A stretch of 64,000 nt of DNA. Source: Tubiluchus corallicola (taxonomy: Eukaryota; Animalia; Priapulida). Below, one piece after another: positions 13,372 to 27,775 of the stretch. Each line of letters starts with the position of its first letter. Within the stretch, counting starts at the first letter, position 1. The DNA is taken from contig JAQGDQ010002366.1 of assembly GCA_030141605.1 (NCBI GenBank), positions 504,660 through 568,659 on the forward strand, written 5' to 3'. Below the pieces are notes generated by a model. The model was not told the DNA's origin. It was given only the letters and a program-made list of their open reading frames with translations, and did no database searches. Both the position numbers and the translations under genes were made by a program.

Positions 13372-14225
13372 TATTGCTTAGACCGTCTTCCAAAGTATGA
13401 ATTTTGCTGGTATCATCTTAATTCAGTTACATAAGAAAAATGATGGTTCTGAACAAAATGGGTGTGAAGTGCAAGAAAGTGAGCTGATAGGTTTGCACGA
13501 GCATAATACCTGGTTTTCCTCTTTGCAATTTGCCATCTCAAACTTGATCTTGGATAATCTTCTAACTAAACAGCAATAACATGTCTATAGCAGTTAGTAA
13601 ACACAAATCCAAAGAAATAATAAAAAAATTAAATTTAAACGAAGAGTACAATAGCAAAACTGACATGAATCTGGGAAGCAAAAAAATAATTTTACTATTA
13701 GATCAGGTAAGTTATTAAGTTGGTTGCAAAAAACTATTTCAGACTCATGTCAAAATATTCGAGTTTTGCCTATGATTAGCGAACATTTAAAAAAATGCAG
13801 AGGTCTATTAGGCTGTTAATTTGTTTTTTTAACAAAGCTGATGGCTTGTCATTTCACTTCTTATTAATGTGAAGCTGTGCTTTTTTACGTGGTTTTCTAC
13901 ATAGTAAGCTACTGCATTTCCGCATGGCTGAGCCACTGCTGAAAAAAGTCCTCAGATGCTGCAGTCTCAAAAAGTTTTTTCAGTGTCAAATATGCCTCTT
14001 AATTTCAAGTGAAACTTAAAATGACTAAGTAAAGGTGATGTGTGGCAATATGCAAAAATTTTATTCAATTTGGCTACTTTTAGGTACAAAAGACCTTATG
14101 AAAATTTGGAATTCTGCTTCTGTGATGACTGGTGGTGGTGTAACAGTTCATCTCATACAAGAATCTCTACAACTGCTGTTATTGCATCAGTTTTTATCAC
14201 GATATTAAGAATTTTGTGGCATTAG
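11104..14225 (+). CDS. Ly6/uPAR three-finger protein (quiver/sleepless-like), predicted GPI-anchored; exons 11104-11155, 11873-12019, 12756-12897, 14084-14225
   Basis: The spliced product has a signal peptide (MEDVFVVFVLFSLILHLG), then AIRCYSC..CPDIRC..CVK..TRAC..GC..FCFCDDWWWCN (10 Cys, terminal CN motif) and a hydrophobic C-terminal tail. All introns are GT-AG and phase-compatible (1,1,2). Confidence 0.85.
12244..12725. mobile_element. hAT-type MITE in Ly6 intron 2
   Basis: 15-bp TIRs CAGGGCCTGTTTCAG / CTGAAACAGGGCCTG (1 mismatch) and 8-bp TSD TATGTCAC (12236-12243, 12726-12733). The paralogous intron near 20260 carries a single TATGTCAC. Confidence 0.9.
13325..13367. repeat. (AT)n microsatellite
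   Basis: Read directly from the sequence. Confidence 0.95.
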
Positions 14226-14230
14226 GCTCT

Positions 14231-14350
14231 ATACATGAATACTGTATATACTAATTGCTTTGATACTCTTATGCAACTTATTATTTGGCTATACATGAAT
14301 ACTGTATATACTAATTGCTTTGATACTCTTATGCAACTTATTATTTGGCT
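14231..14350 (+). repeat. Exact 60-bp tandem duplication in the Ly6 3' UTR
   Basis: ATACATGAATACTG...TTATTTGGCT occurs at 14231-14290 and again at 14291-14350. Confidence 0.9.
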
Positions 14351-16973
14351 AGTAAAGTAGCATTATTTTTAACTATTCGACAGAACTAGGCTCGATAGAT
14401 TGTATACATGCACTTTATAATGAATAGCGTATATATAATATACCATTCGTTTTGATATTTTTTGTACAAATTCTCATTTACATAGAATAGCAGTACTATC
14501 TTAGTAAAAATATGCTTAGGAAGCTAAGATTAATGTACCCAAATCTGCTTGCACTCGTTTGTCCTATAAACATGTACAGCCATTATTTCAGTTGTAAGGA
14601 AACAGGATGCTTGGAAGAATGTCAACTGTTTTTCCTCTGAACTTCAGTGTATGTTACCTCTAATTGTTTTGCCTGTAATGCAAATGCGTTCACTGTTAAG
14701 TATGTACCACTGTAAATATTAAATAGATAATATGTTATATCAAAAAATATTGCAAGGAGGCTAAGTTGTGTGTATACATTATTGTGGCGGCCTCGCAAAC
14801 TAAGCCTATTTTCTGGTAAATGTTTGTTTGCCTATAAAGAGTGTCCATAAGTTGGCACTTAGGCTTTTTTAGTTATTCTCACATCCTGAATCTCCATTTC
14901 ACGAGGATCATTTTTTATCAAGCTTATTGCTTTTTGTTATTTCTAAGGTGAGATAATCCATGTTAAAATTGAGGTACATTTTGCACACTGAAAAACATAG
15001 TCTTGAGAAAATCACTAGTTAAAGCTTGCCATTATTTTTTGACGCATTTCTGTAAAAACACTTAGCCACCATATGAAAGTGTGGTTGCTATGGACTTTGT
15101 AAGAGCACATTGAAGTTATGTTTAAATCCATTAAATGTTTCTTTCTGATGAAAATCTGGGCTTGACAACAGAAAAACTGCAAGCGAAATGTCTGCTACCA
15201 CGAGCTACTATAGGAGTTTGAAAATACTAAGTTTTTCACATTTGCAATTCTAGTTTTTAGAAGAAGTGGGCCAAGGGGTTATAAAATTAAATTTCTAATA
15301 TTTTTGAAAACTTTTCTGACAACTTAATGCTAGATTATAAAAGCCCAATCTATTTAGCATTTGTTTTTATAAAAACATTGACATTTTTTGGTACATTATA
15401 CTTTCAAGTATCATAACATAGTTTTAACTATGCTGACCAAATGAAATAGTCAATTTAAGAACAATTGATCTTTGTATAGGAAACAATGTAGCTAATTTTA
15501 GTGCGTCTGATTTTTATTGTCTTATGGTCTTTTTAAGTATTGATGCATCGTAATGTAATTTAGGCAAGGTACAAATAATTAAAAGTGTTTCACGATTTCT
15601 AATTTAAGGTTAAGAGTTTTAACATTTCATCACAAATGTTTCTCTATTTTATTAGAATAAAAAGATTTGATATTTTTCTATAAATCTGTATATGTTGCAT
15701 TTTATGAAAAATTCAATACCTTGTATAGAAAATGCCCTCCTTTTACGTTCCGAGTAGCACTTCTACCAATTGGTCATTGATGATTAAATTTAACAAAAAA
15801 CCTTACCTTTACGAGGGGGAAATGGGCGTCCCCCCTCTGATATCCAGGTAAGCGCTTGTTTCAAACAAAACAGTCAAGCTGCAAACATCAAACGCAGGCA
15901 GGCGAAAACAGATGCATCAGACACATGGATTATTAAGAACTACAAATGGTTTTATTAAAACTCATAAAGATACAAAATAACACCAAACTCTGTAAAAATT
16001 TAATACAAAAGCGGTTCTCTTTCCGTCTGCTGAAAAAGTAATGCCGAGTCTTCCGCCTACTTGTCAAATAATCCCAATTAACAAAAAAGAAGAAAATTGT
16101 TGTTACCTACATTTCTCGTAAATATTTAGCTGATTCGCGACACCTTGGTCGTACATCACATTAATAGCTTTAACTGAATCACGGTTTTTCTGAAAAGCCT
16201 ATATTAACGAACAAGAACTGAAAATCTGCAAAATATTTTCGCACTACGTGGGATGTTCACACATAGTTGTCTTCTGATTGTGCGATTTTTTGTTGTGCGC
16301 TACACAGACAGGTATTTTAGTACTAAGCAAATTAGTCAGCTTCATGTAAACTACTCTTTGAACAGAAACATACCCTGCTACATCTTGGACTTGTGCATAA
16401 TGCAGTATAATTGTGCTTGTAATCATCCTTCATTATCCTTGTACTAACTTACTGTCACGCCATTGTAACACTTCCTGTCTGTTAATTAGTGACTGGTCAG
16501 CTTCATATAAACTATTCGGTAAACAGAAACGTACCATGCTTGCTGGTAATCATTGGTAACTTAAAGTCACATCCATGCTATTTCAAACAAAACACGTAAT
16601 TGAATGATGATTGTAACACTTCTCGTTTATTAATTAGTGGCAGCCCCATTTCCAGTCAAATAGATTAACTTTGATAGTCACATATAAGGCCCAAAAAGGG
16701 CAGCCTTAGTATTAAAGATGAGGCAGATTTGGTGATCTCCTTCTTTTAAAAAAACGTGTTCATTATATATATTTATAGATATTTATTTACTTATTTGTAT
16801 TTCTGTGCAATGTATCTTTCGTCATCACTGAAAACTGTAGTTGAATTATACTTTGCTTGTTTGATTAACGAATCGCTTATTTTCTACTGGTGTTGTAAAT
16901 AATTGTCTTAAGAAAGCTGTAGTGATACTTATGTCACTGATGTATGAGCGTTTAGCACTGATAGTGTATTTAA

Positions 16974-19581
16974 GAACGAGTCCGCGAGAGCACCATGCAG
17001 GGGGTGGCACATGAGTGGTGACGAATTTATATCATTTTTTCTAACACGAAGGGCGACCCCCCAAAACCATGTAACCAAGATATCAAATCGATCGAGCTAC
17101 TATTGGCAGAGAAATGACCACATCAAGAAATTGACCCCGAAAGAGGCAAAAAATCGCTATTTGGGGGGGGGGTTACTTTAACTTTTTCTCCTGTATAAAC
17201 TATTATAGATGGGTCGATGTAAGTTGGCTGGTACATAGACCCAGACATTGTCTTCTGATATCCTAACTTTTTCTGACATACTATTAATAGTATCAGAGAA
17301 CGGGATTTTTCAAATTCGGCTCTTTGTTAAGAGTCCCGGGAGAGGTTAAGTTGTAAGGCTCATAACTCGCCCACTGCGGGGCTACAAAACTTCCGGTTCT
17401 CATGTATGTGTTGACCATCATCCTTACTAATAATATACAAAAGAAAATTCGCTGGAGCCTGTTTGAGTATTTAGTACTGGCACTTTAAAATTTCACAAAA
17501 ATCAGCAAAATTCGCTTTTTTTGCAGTTTTTCAATTTTTTTTTCTATCAATATGCTGGATTATAAGTGACAAATCTGTATTCTAAATTTCATGAAAACGC
17601 ACGAGCTGAGATAATATCATGAATGACATTATATAGAAAGGGGCACTGTTAGAAAAAATTGCCATATCAACACACTTTTTTACTTTCCATAGTAGTTCCG
17701 TCCATGTGTAAAAAGTAGACATACTTGGCTCAGGTCGTATATGACAGTAGACATTTAGCCACGTTTAACCTGCATTTTCTGTGACTAGTGCTCTCATTTC
17801 CTAGTAGCAATAGATTCCTTTGCCATGGAAATTGCTAGAAATTTGCGAATTTCACTGTAATGGATTTAGTTATGTCGGAATTTTCATATGACTACAAATA
17901 TGAATAATTGCCCCTTCTGACGGATTTCAGGACAGGACATCATGCATGCCCCTAGTACCGAGTCCGACCCTTATTCAGGGCATTCTCTACACACTGAATC
18001 GCTAGCGGATACTAGGAAAGACTAAACAATAAGCCCTCTAATAGAGAAGAAGTACCGATTGTTAAGATTGAGAGTCATTGCTAGCTAAAGAATCTGACAA
18101 CACTTGGTATATACATATAAATTAGAAATCCGTTCATTTTTATACATATGTTCATTTTTTATACTTTTTATATGAATAAGCTTCATGGCTATACATAGAA
18201 GATTATGAATATCAGTACAAAAATGAAAAACTACAAAACTCAGTCAGAATTAATTTCTCTAAGTCCAAAATACTGTTCCTATTGTAGCAGCATAATCCTA
18301 TCACTGAAGTAGTACATGTAATAAAAACCATAACATCTAAAAATAATAGAGAAAGAATTATCGATGCAGGTAGATTATCACTAGAAGATAGATACAGAAA
18401 TATAGGCAAATATATCATGGGGAAAGTGATAAAGCGAAAATCTTACAGTCTAAACATGAGACAATATAAGCGCATGGGCCGCTTCTAGGGGGATGGCGGT
18501 GATATTTAGCTCAGAAAAGTTTTCTTCGCCCAAAATTTATTTTTGGCACAAAATCGATACTTCTGACAAAAAATATTAATAGTGCGATTGAATGATTGCG
18601 CCAATGGCACAAAAATTTCCGATGTTTCACAGTCAAAAAATCACCGGACAAATGATATTTTGGGGGAAGTCTGTCCCATATTGTTTGGGCATTCGCTCAG
18701 ATTTAGGGCAATTTTCTTTGTGTCCTGGATTGTACACCTATGTAAGACAATGAGTAATAACTAGGTAATAACCTGTACATAACATTTACAAAGCATAGAA
18801 AATAAACAGTACATAAAACTATTTCCAGTCCTTGCAAGAAGCAATTTCCATTTCGTAGGTATTTCATTTTTTTGAAGATGGAAGCGCTCTAAATGCGGTC
18901 CAGTGTCTTTGGTACAGGCTAATAGATTCGCAATATTCGTTTCGTGCGGATAACTAGTCAGAATACCGCATTTAACGCTGGTAAACAGCCCAGAAAACGA
19001 ACATTTTAGTTCAGCAGTGGCCGCCATCTTGAATGCTAGAGTCCAGTCCTGTCGGTAGTTTAACCAATGTGCTGTCCAGGCCCGTAGTTGCCAAAGATGA
19101 ATATTTATGACGTTTTGAAGTATTTTGACAAGATTTGACAACTCATGTTTATCTACACGAAGCTTTTTGATGAAGGTTGTTACCTATATTTTCACCCTGA
19201 TATATGCCTCTTTCAGAGGTCATTTATAATAGGGTGGAAATTCGCTCCATCGAAATTGTCACTACAGCATAGTGGGATGGGATGCTCTATTCACATACAT
19301 ATCGATATTTTTGTTCCCGCCCCCGCAGTGGGTGAGATATAAGACTTTGAAATGACTGAGTATTTGCATCTTGTGCGTAATGCGAGCTTAAAGACCCCCA
19401 GTAGAGCCGAAAGAGTGGGGTTTGGGACAAAAGTCGAAATGTCATTTTGGAGAAGATAACAAGATCCAATACTGTGCAGAGTCAGATCTATTCAAACTCA
19501 GTGGTTGCTGCATGGCTAATCCTTCAAATATGAGTAAAAAATATTTTTTCGATTTTGCATGGTCTTCTCGCGGACGCGTTC
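16974..19581. mobile_element. Non-autonomous TTAA-targeting DNA transposon, Kolobok-like (2.6 kb)
   Basis: Left end GAACGAGTCCGCGAGAGCACCATGCA matches the reverse complement of the right end GAACGCGTCCGCGAGAAGACCATGCA. TTAA on both sides (16970-16973, 19582-19585). The empty site GTGTATTTAACTTG is in the first Ly6 copy near 11800. Termini are RR..YY, not piggyBac CCC..GGG. Confidence 0.85.
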
Positions 19582-19655
19582 TTAACTTGTATATCACAAG
19601 CACGGGCATGTGACAGAAAGATTTTAAACACTCTAACAGTTGTGTTGTTATACAG

Positions 19656-20473
<818 letters not shown>

Positions 20474-21273
20474 GTGCTGTGTTTATAATCAAATGCATAA
20501 TAATTATTATCTAATAAAACATGATATATTAAATAATAAACAATATGGATTTAGGAAAGGTTCTCCAGTTGAATTACCACTATATATTATGTTTGTAAAA
20601 TCCATTAAATGAATTGAAAATAACTCGGTCACTGCTGGTATATTTTGTGATCTCTCTAAAGCCTTTGATGCTTTGGTGCCGTTGACCATGTAAGTTATCT
20701 TTCTTTGGCTCTAGGGGGATCTCAAATGACTGGCTAAGTAAATAGCTATCTTGATAACCATAAGCAGTGCGTCAGGTGTAACCATTACCTCAAATGAACT
20801 CTCCATAAATTGTGGTGTTCCTCAGGGTTCTGTTTTAGGACGTCTTTTATTTTTGATTTATATGAACGATATAAATTTTTTTTATCTATCCAAGTATTAT
20901 TCAGTTTGCTGATGACACCACAATCTTTCAATTTCAATCAGTTCAGCAATACTAACATAAATAATAGTTTAACAGAAATTTCAAACTAGTTTAAAGCCAT
21001 GAAATAATCTCCTAATTTCATATTAACGAAATACATTCTATTTCGTTCCAAAAAACTGATTCCTTTACTTTGTACAGGAACGCCATCAATATAAAGACTA
21101 CTAGTCTTTATATTGATGGACTTCATGTAAAACGTATTCAGTCTGCCAGAATTTTATGTGTAGTTCTGCATGAACATCTGGACTTAAACTCTCATATAAA
21201 ATGATTATACTAAAAATAGCCAGAAATATATTTATTATCTCCCATACTAAATACAATTTGTCTAAATCACATA

Positions 21274-21366
21274 TCGTTATCTCGCCACTGTCCGTCTAGG
21301 GCAAATTTTTGGCGAGAGGCGAGTATGGCGGCATAACGAGGGGCGAGATAACGAGGTTAGACTGTA
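21274..21366. mobile_element. Short Tc1/pogo-like MITE nested in the LINE
   Basis: Inverted repeat TCGTTATCTCGCC / GGCGAGATAACGA. The right end GTTAGACTG-TA gives a CAGT-type terminus plus TA; the left end is truncated. Confidence 0.5.
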
Positions 21367-21842
21367 CGTACTCTTTATTATTCTTTAGTCTATCGTTATT
21401 TAAATTATGCTAGTTCCCTTTCGGGAGCTACACATATGACAAATCTTAACCTTTTAAGTTGTCTTCAAAGAAAATTTTTTCCTTTATATTTTGGATTAAA
21501 TAAATTCACTCAAGCATTTAACTCTTTCTTTAAACAATGTAATGTCTTGTCTTTTGATAACATAGTGTTTCATAATATTCCGATTTTTGTGTATAAAACC
21601 AATAGCAAATTATCACCCAAATTCTTCAAAAATCCTATCATACTGAATGGAAAATTTCATAATACACGATTTAATCAATACTTTCTTCCATATGTCCATA
21701 TGAATGTTGCTAAACATTTTACTTCCTTTACTGGGCCATTAATTTTCAACAATCTACCTAACCATATAAAATCAGACCATAGTATATTTTATAAATATAA
21801 AAAAGCCTCAAATTCTTTATTATGGGCCATAATTCAAACATT

Positions 21843-22864
21843 TAAAATCTTTACTGTTTCGTATCACACTCAAAGAAGAACAAGAATGGACTATACTCCA
21901 TAACAAGAAGAAGTAAAAGTAGTAGAAGCACTATTTGTTGGCGGATGGACATAATCTAACTTGACCACATTTTATTCTTACACCTACACTTTTCTTTTTG
22001 TTTGCCATATTGGGCCTGACCTTTATAAGTTTTCTTTTTGGACGGCCCCTATAATCCATTATTCAACTTTATTATTTACATACTTGTTTTCTTTTAATTT
22101 GGTATTTTGCATTTTCACAATATTTATGTATTAAATTCAGCTGAGAACAGATGTTGAAAGCAATTCACTTCTAATACTGGACCTAGAACTTGGAATTTGC
22201 TACCCACCAGCTCAAAACTTCTTACCTCGATTCACATGTTTCAAAAAATTGAAGAAATGTATCTTTAGTAAATACTCACATAATTAAAATAATAAACATG
22301 ATTGCGTGCATGACAGAATGACTGAAAACATTGTATGTGGGTGCATGAGTATATAAAATCTTTACTGTTTCGTATCACACTCAAAGAAGAACAAGAATGG
22401 ACTATACTCCATAACAAGAAGAAGTAAAAGTAGTAGAAGCACTATTTGTTGGCGGATGGACATAATCTAACTTGACCACATTTTATTCTTACACCTACAC
22501 TTTTCTTTTTGTTTGCCATATTGGGCCTGACCTTTATAAGTTTTCTTTTTGGACGGCCCCTATAATCCATTATTCAACTTTATTATTTACATACTTGTTT
22601 TCTTTTAATTTGGTATTTTGCATTTTCACAATATTTATGTATTAAATTCAGCTGAGAACAGATGTTGAAAGCAATTCACTTCTAATACTGGACCTAGAAC
22701 TTGGAATTTGCTACCCACCAGCTCAAAACTTCTTACCTCGATTCACATGTTTCAAAAAATTGAAGAAATGTATCTTTAGTAAATACTCACATAATTAAAA
22801 TAATAAACATGATTGCGTGCATGACAGAATGACTGAAAACATTGTATGTGGGTGCATGAGTATA
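21843..22864 (+). repeat. 511-bp head-to-tail tandem duplication
   Basis: 21843-22353 is repeated at 22354-22864 with a constant 511 offset and no difference I could see by eye. Confidence 0.92.
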
Positions 22865-23592
22865 TACATGTTCTGTATACAATCAACTTGGCATCGTACA
22901 TAATAAATCTAATCTAACTGCATAAAGCAATAAAAGACCTACATGCAATAATAAAAGAGGTGAGTTCTAAATTAATACAGGAGAGACACAGAGAAAATTA
23001 CCACCTATGTGTCTGCAAATATTATACAAATGTGTTGAAAAGTCAAAATTACTGGAGGGAGCATGTAGTTGAGCTGATTATGACCTATTATCAAAGTTCC
23101 CCCAGAATCGATCAATTGTTCTTTGATATCACCAAAGTTACCCTATGTATAAGTCATTTTTTCATGCTCAGCATGGCAAGACATGAAATTAAATTAGTGG
23201 CCATCTGACACTCTGGCGCTTTAATGTAGTACGTATAGAGGGAATCAGCAATTATTTCATTAGTTTCTTGTTTTTTTCAATCATACAAAAAATTTGTACA
23301 TACATATTTGTATTATTGTAGTTTGTTTGTTTGTTGGCAATGAAATAAACTGAACTTGAATTTGAAAAAATGTAACTTGCCATAACTTACAGGTCAACAT
23401 TTATAAACCTATAATGGACTAAGAATCTCATTTTGAATATTTTAGCAAGTGAACTGACAAAATATAGTTGCATCGGCTGCAAATCCTAACCGTCAACTGC
23501 CACAACATTACAAAAATGTATTGACTGATTTCAACTATGGTTTATTTCTATGTTCTACCAGGAGCAACACCTCTAACCCCATGCACTTTGCG

Positions 23593-23715
23593 ATTGGCCG
23601 TTCCGTGCATGACGTCACCGGAAGTTAAACAGGAAAAGTGGGACGGCCAGTTTTATGTTTTAGTAGATTTTACTTAGAGAAGGCTGAGATATTTTCTGTT
23701 CTGTATTCTGTAAAG
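23593..23715 (+). promoter_or_regulatory. Probable DCTN2 core promoter and non-coding exon 1
   Basis: Reverse CCAAT (ATTGG 23593-23597), full CRE TGACGTCA (23610-23617) abutting ETS CCGGAAGT (23618-23625), and a donor AAG|GTATTT at 23715/23716. The matching acceptor at 28045/28046 lies just before the DCTN2 ATG. Confidence 0.6.
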
Positions 23716-25649
23716 GTATTTAACAAATTGTTATTTAAAGCAAGAGCCACAATTAACAGTATGTAGCACTTGTTACATTAGAAGCACGATTATCATTTCT
23801 GCTAAAATTATTTATTGCAGTCATCTTTGTGTTAGTACTAACTGTAGTACTAAGTTAATATAGTATTACTAGTAGTACAAATATTATTAATAGTTATTAC
23901 TTTAGTATTGACCAGTCGTATAAAGTATATGAAGTTTGACTTTTGTAGTTCACCCTCATCTCACGCTTTCTAGCACTGTACTGGTGAATTCACGCATTTT
24001 CAGCTTCCACAAATAAATGAGAAAAAACTGGTCTTTCTCCTCTTATTAACATACAGCATAAGTTTGTTTTTGTTGTGCCTTTAAAGCCTTTAACTTTCTG
24101 TAATGCAATAAAAACATATTTAAAATGGCAACTTCTTTAAAAGCTACATAGCAAAGCAATGTAGTATAATAATTGATGATCGATAGAATGATGATAACTT
24201 TTCTGCGTTTAGCCTCTTGCATCATTTGTGAATCGGAAAAATTATCTCTAGTATTAGTGATTAAAGGACAAAAGGCAAGTTTACAAGTATAGTCATTTTT
24301 ATGACATTTTTATTACTAAATAGCTTTGACAGTTGCACGAAATTTCATTATAAGTGGCAGGCATTTGAAGATTGAACTAAGAGGGGGCTATCATCTGGTG
24401 TTTATCAATGATGTACATTGTACAACACTGCCCACGATCTGGTGTCAGTGCCATCCTCATTTTTTTAATTCCTATGTAAGGACTTAAAAGAAAATCAGAT
24501 GATTGTGTAAACACGAGTTCAGAATAAAGAATGCTGTAAAATATTGAAAACTACAATACGTTATTTTAAATCAAAGCTCAAATTAAATAATAATTACCTC
24601 AGATACTCAAATTTCGTTAAACTTTCAAAGCTACGTGCGGCTCAGTGAATCTACTAAGATTGGCAGCGGCGCCTTTTGTCATGTGTGCGTGGCTGACAAA
24701 TAGAAGGCGATATTGTGAAAACCATGATCATAGCTTCATGACGTCATATGATTTAAAGCCCATTTTTCGTGACATGTGTTTAAGTAGTACTGTAACACCT
24801 ATGCAAATGTGCTTGACGCGCAAGGGAAGACGCCTGCCATTGCACAAACTGTGGTTACTTTCTGATGTAAGCAATATCTGTGTTTGGTTGCCGTTAATTA
24901 ATTTGCAAGCTAATTATTCAAATATAAGGAACAATTGTTAACTTTTATAGGCAAGAAAATGTATATTTTGGACAGTAAATTAAAATGAAATTGAGTCTAA
25001 ACAATCGTCCGTTTTTCCTGTAGGCACCAGATCAGCACCTTTCGCTCCATTTCACACCATTTCCTTAAACTCAAGCACCTTTCCACTTCATCTTAAGCAC
25101 TGGCGCTGGCAGGCAGGCGCACTAAGGTATGTGCATCCACAGAATTTCTTAAAAAAAATTTTCGTGGCTAAATAAAATTATTTGTAGTAAACCAAGAAAC
25201 ACATCAGCCCCTTGTTTGTTTGTGCAATCCCCGAACAGCAAGCTGATTTGCATAGTGAAGTTATGTTTATGTATGTCACTTACATTGTGTCGATTCTCTT
25301 ATCGATTTCCGTTGGCTAGACAGTTTTTAGCTAACTGTAACTGCACTTCTGCATTTAAGGGGTGGGCCCAAGGTCTCATTAGTAGTGAAATTACGAGTCA
25401 CGAGTTCGAGGTGAGATAATAAGTTTTAAGCTAGTGAACTTGGCCGAGGAATTAGCTTCTACCTCAACCGCAAGATGATCTAAAATGCAGTAAAATGCAT
25501 GTGTGGCTGAGACGTTCTGCCATTTAGCTGTGTCCGGTAGGAAAAATTAACACGCAAACTTACTAAATTTTGTATGAACTGTGGGTGGGCTGTAAACTTT
25601 ACAGTCTCCAGTTTTATATTTGACTATCCACATTTTACTGGATAGATAA

Positions 25650-26480
25650 TCTTGACACTAGATAAATTAAACTTAGTTAATCCTCAATTACTATATATCT
25701 TAAATGGAGTTACTTTGTCAGCTAACAATGTTTATAAAGATTTGCGAATAGCTGTCTGTTCAAACTTAAATTTTTCTAAATATGTTAAAGACCAAGTTGC
25801 CAAAGCTTTCACATGGGTAAACGTGCTTTTTTGCTGTTCGTCCTCGAAGAACAAAAATGCACTCGTGGCTTGCTTACAAAGGCCACTACTTGAGTATTGT
25901 ATGCCAGTGTGGTCTTCGCAACATATGCAGGACATCGATACTAAAGAGACAGTTCAGCGATATTTTACACGTAGATTATTTGTCCATTGTCAACTTCATG
26001 TTTTTAACTACTTGGACAGGTTGTGGGTTTTAGAAATACAACTTGAAGTAAGACGAAATTTTTGATCTTTAGATAGTTTATAAACTATGCTATAAGTTAA
26101 TAGATTTGTCATTTGTTGCTTTTTTTGTTATGCTCCCACCCAAAATTTACGTGGTCACAATTACAAATTGTTCAAACATTATTCTAGATTTTGTGTATAC
26201 AAAGATTTGTTTTGATTTAATAATTTCGTCATTTTAATCGTTTAATGTAAGCTATTTTTTCTTTACTGTATGTAGTGTCTCTCCATTTTAATTTTCTTTT
26301 AGGGTTTTTTAGGTTTTTAAGTTTTTTCTCGTGTAATGATTTGATATAACTATGATTGTAAATATATTGCCAATTACGTTATATTGTATTATATGGCTGG
26401 CATAAGTGCTATATGTCTGCTGCCATTTTCTTTTATAAAAAATGTATTTCATAAATGTTCTTAAATGAAAATAAAAAAAT
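25650..26480 (+). mobile_element. 5'-truncated CR1-group LINE remnant
   Basis: RPLLEYCMPVWS..ETVQRYFTRRL and LRGHNYKL-type C-terminal motifs, followed by an A-rich tail. Confidence 0.75.
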
Positions 26481-26599
26481 AATGGGTCATCCGCATTATG
26501 AACTTACTTTTAAGATATGACTACTACAATACAATACAATGAATATTACGTAGGTAAATGTAGGTAAAATGTATTTATTAAAGCAGAATTTTTCACGTT

Positions 26600-26760
26600 T
26601 GAGAAAGTCTGTGTACCAGAATTTAGATCTCATTTGAGGCCTTCAAAATGTGCTTAAATGTAGGAAAATGCATTGGTGGCAAAGGCTCTGCCCCGGACCT
26701 CGTTGGGAAAACTTACAGTGCTCCCCCAGACCCCATCACTGCTTGTGCATCAATTTTTTT
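26600..26760. repeat. Fragment of a common invertebrate non-autonomous repeat
   Basis: GC-rich GGCTCTGCCCCGGACC..TTACAGTGCTCCCCCAGACCCC motif, recognised from memory as typical of marine invertebrate MITE internals. No termini found. Confidence 0.4.
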
Positions 26761-27547
26761 AAACTCTGACGGGGCACATGATCTGAACCATACTATAAGT
26801 ACTTCAATTTCCAATCCTCCAGTAGAACGGGCTTTCCAAAATGTTACTGATTGCAGATCATTAGATACATTTAAGGACCAAATCTCTCTCCATCCTCATG
26901 AGGGTAATATTCTTAAACTTGCTGATTATTCATACAGATCCAGAAACTGCCATGCTAGGTGAGAAGAAAATCTATTAAAATATCTTAAAAACGCATTTTG
27001 AATTTACATAATGTTTTATAGAGATTTGGCCAGGGTTCAGGTTATGAATAAAACATGAAACATTTGTGCTCACTATTATGGCAGCCATTTTAACGATCCA
27101 TCTGTTAAATACACTCACATTTTGTTAAAGATAAATAAGTAGAAAAGGGTTTTTGCAGAAATTTGTTTAAAAAATCTTGTACCAAATCATAAAATGTTGG
27201 TGACTTAACATTTCACCTTCGATGCTTGATGACATTTGATTTTTTTTGTGGTTTTATATTGTTACGTTCCAGGATTTATATATAATACACCAAAATATAC
27301 TCTATTTAATTGAGGCTGTCCTGCGACTTGCCACATGTTCATAAAAGTCTACCAAATTACACTGTAGTCTCAAGGTATGCTGGTTTGCTTAAGTTGACTG
27401 CAACCCACTTTCTGAAGTGACAAAGGTCGAGAGACTGAAAACTTCAAGTTTGAAATAAACATCGAGACTATAAAGCAATTATGAGGACTTTTGTGGTAAA
27501 GCACCGAAACATCCATACGTGTTGCAACACTGATAATTTGAACTTAA

Positions 27548-27775
27548 ACCGAGTGGCGTAGCTCAGTGGTAGTATGCTCATTTCCCACCTGAGAGGTCTC
27601 GAGTTGAACTTCCGACCGAGTAATACCAAAGACTTAAATAGCGGTACCATTGGTTCTTTGACTAAGCAGATGGATTTATCGAAGTAAATTGCTGGTAATA
27701 ATAATCAGGACCACCTTGGAAAGAAGTATTGGGTTACTTAAAGTGTTATCCCTGGACTATGTCATAAAAAAGTTA
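27548..27775 (+). mobile_element. tRNA-derived SINE
   Basis: A-box GTGGCGTAGCTCAGTGGTAG, degenerate B-box GAGTTGAACTTCC, then a TACCAAAGACTTAAA..GGTACC central segment and a LINE-like tail. No acceptor stem. Confidence 0.7.

Noticed and set aside
14755-15850. Possible further Kolobok-like element (also near 24260-25020 and 53100-53660)
   Set aside because: The composition looks transposon-like, but I could not pair termini or find TSDs.
27553-27625. tRNA-Gly(CCC)-like gene
   Set aside because: No acceptor stem, a degenerate T-arm and a SINE body downstream; treated as a SINE head.
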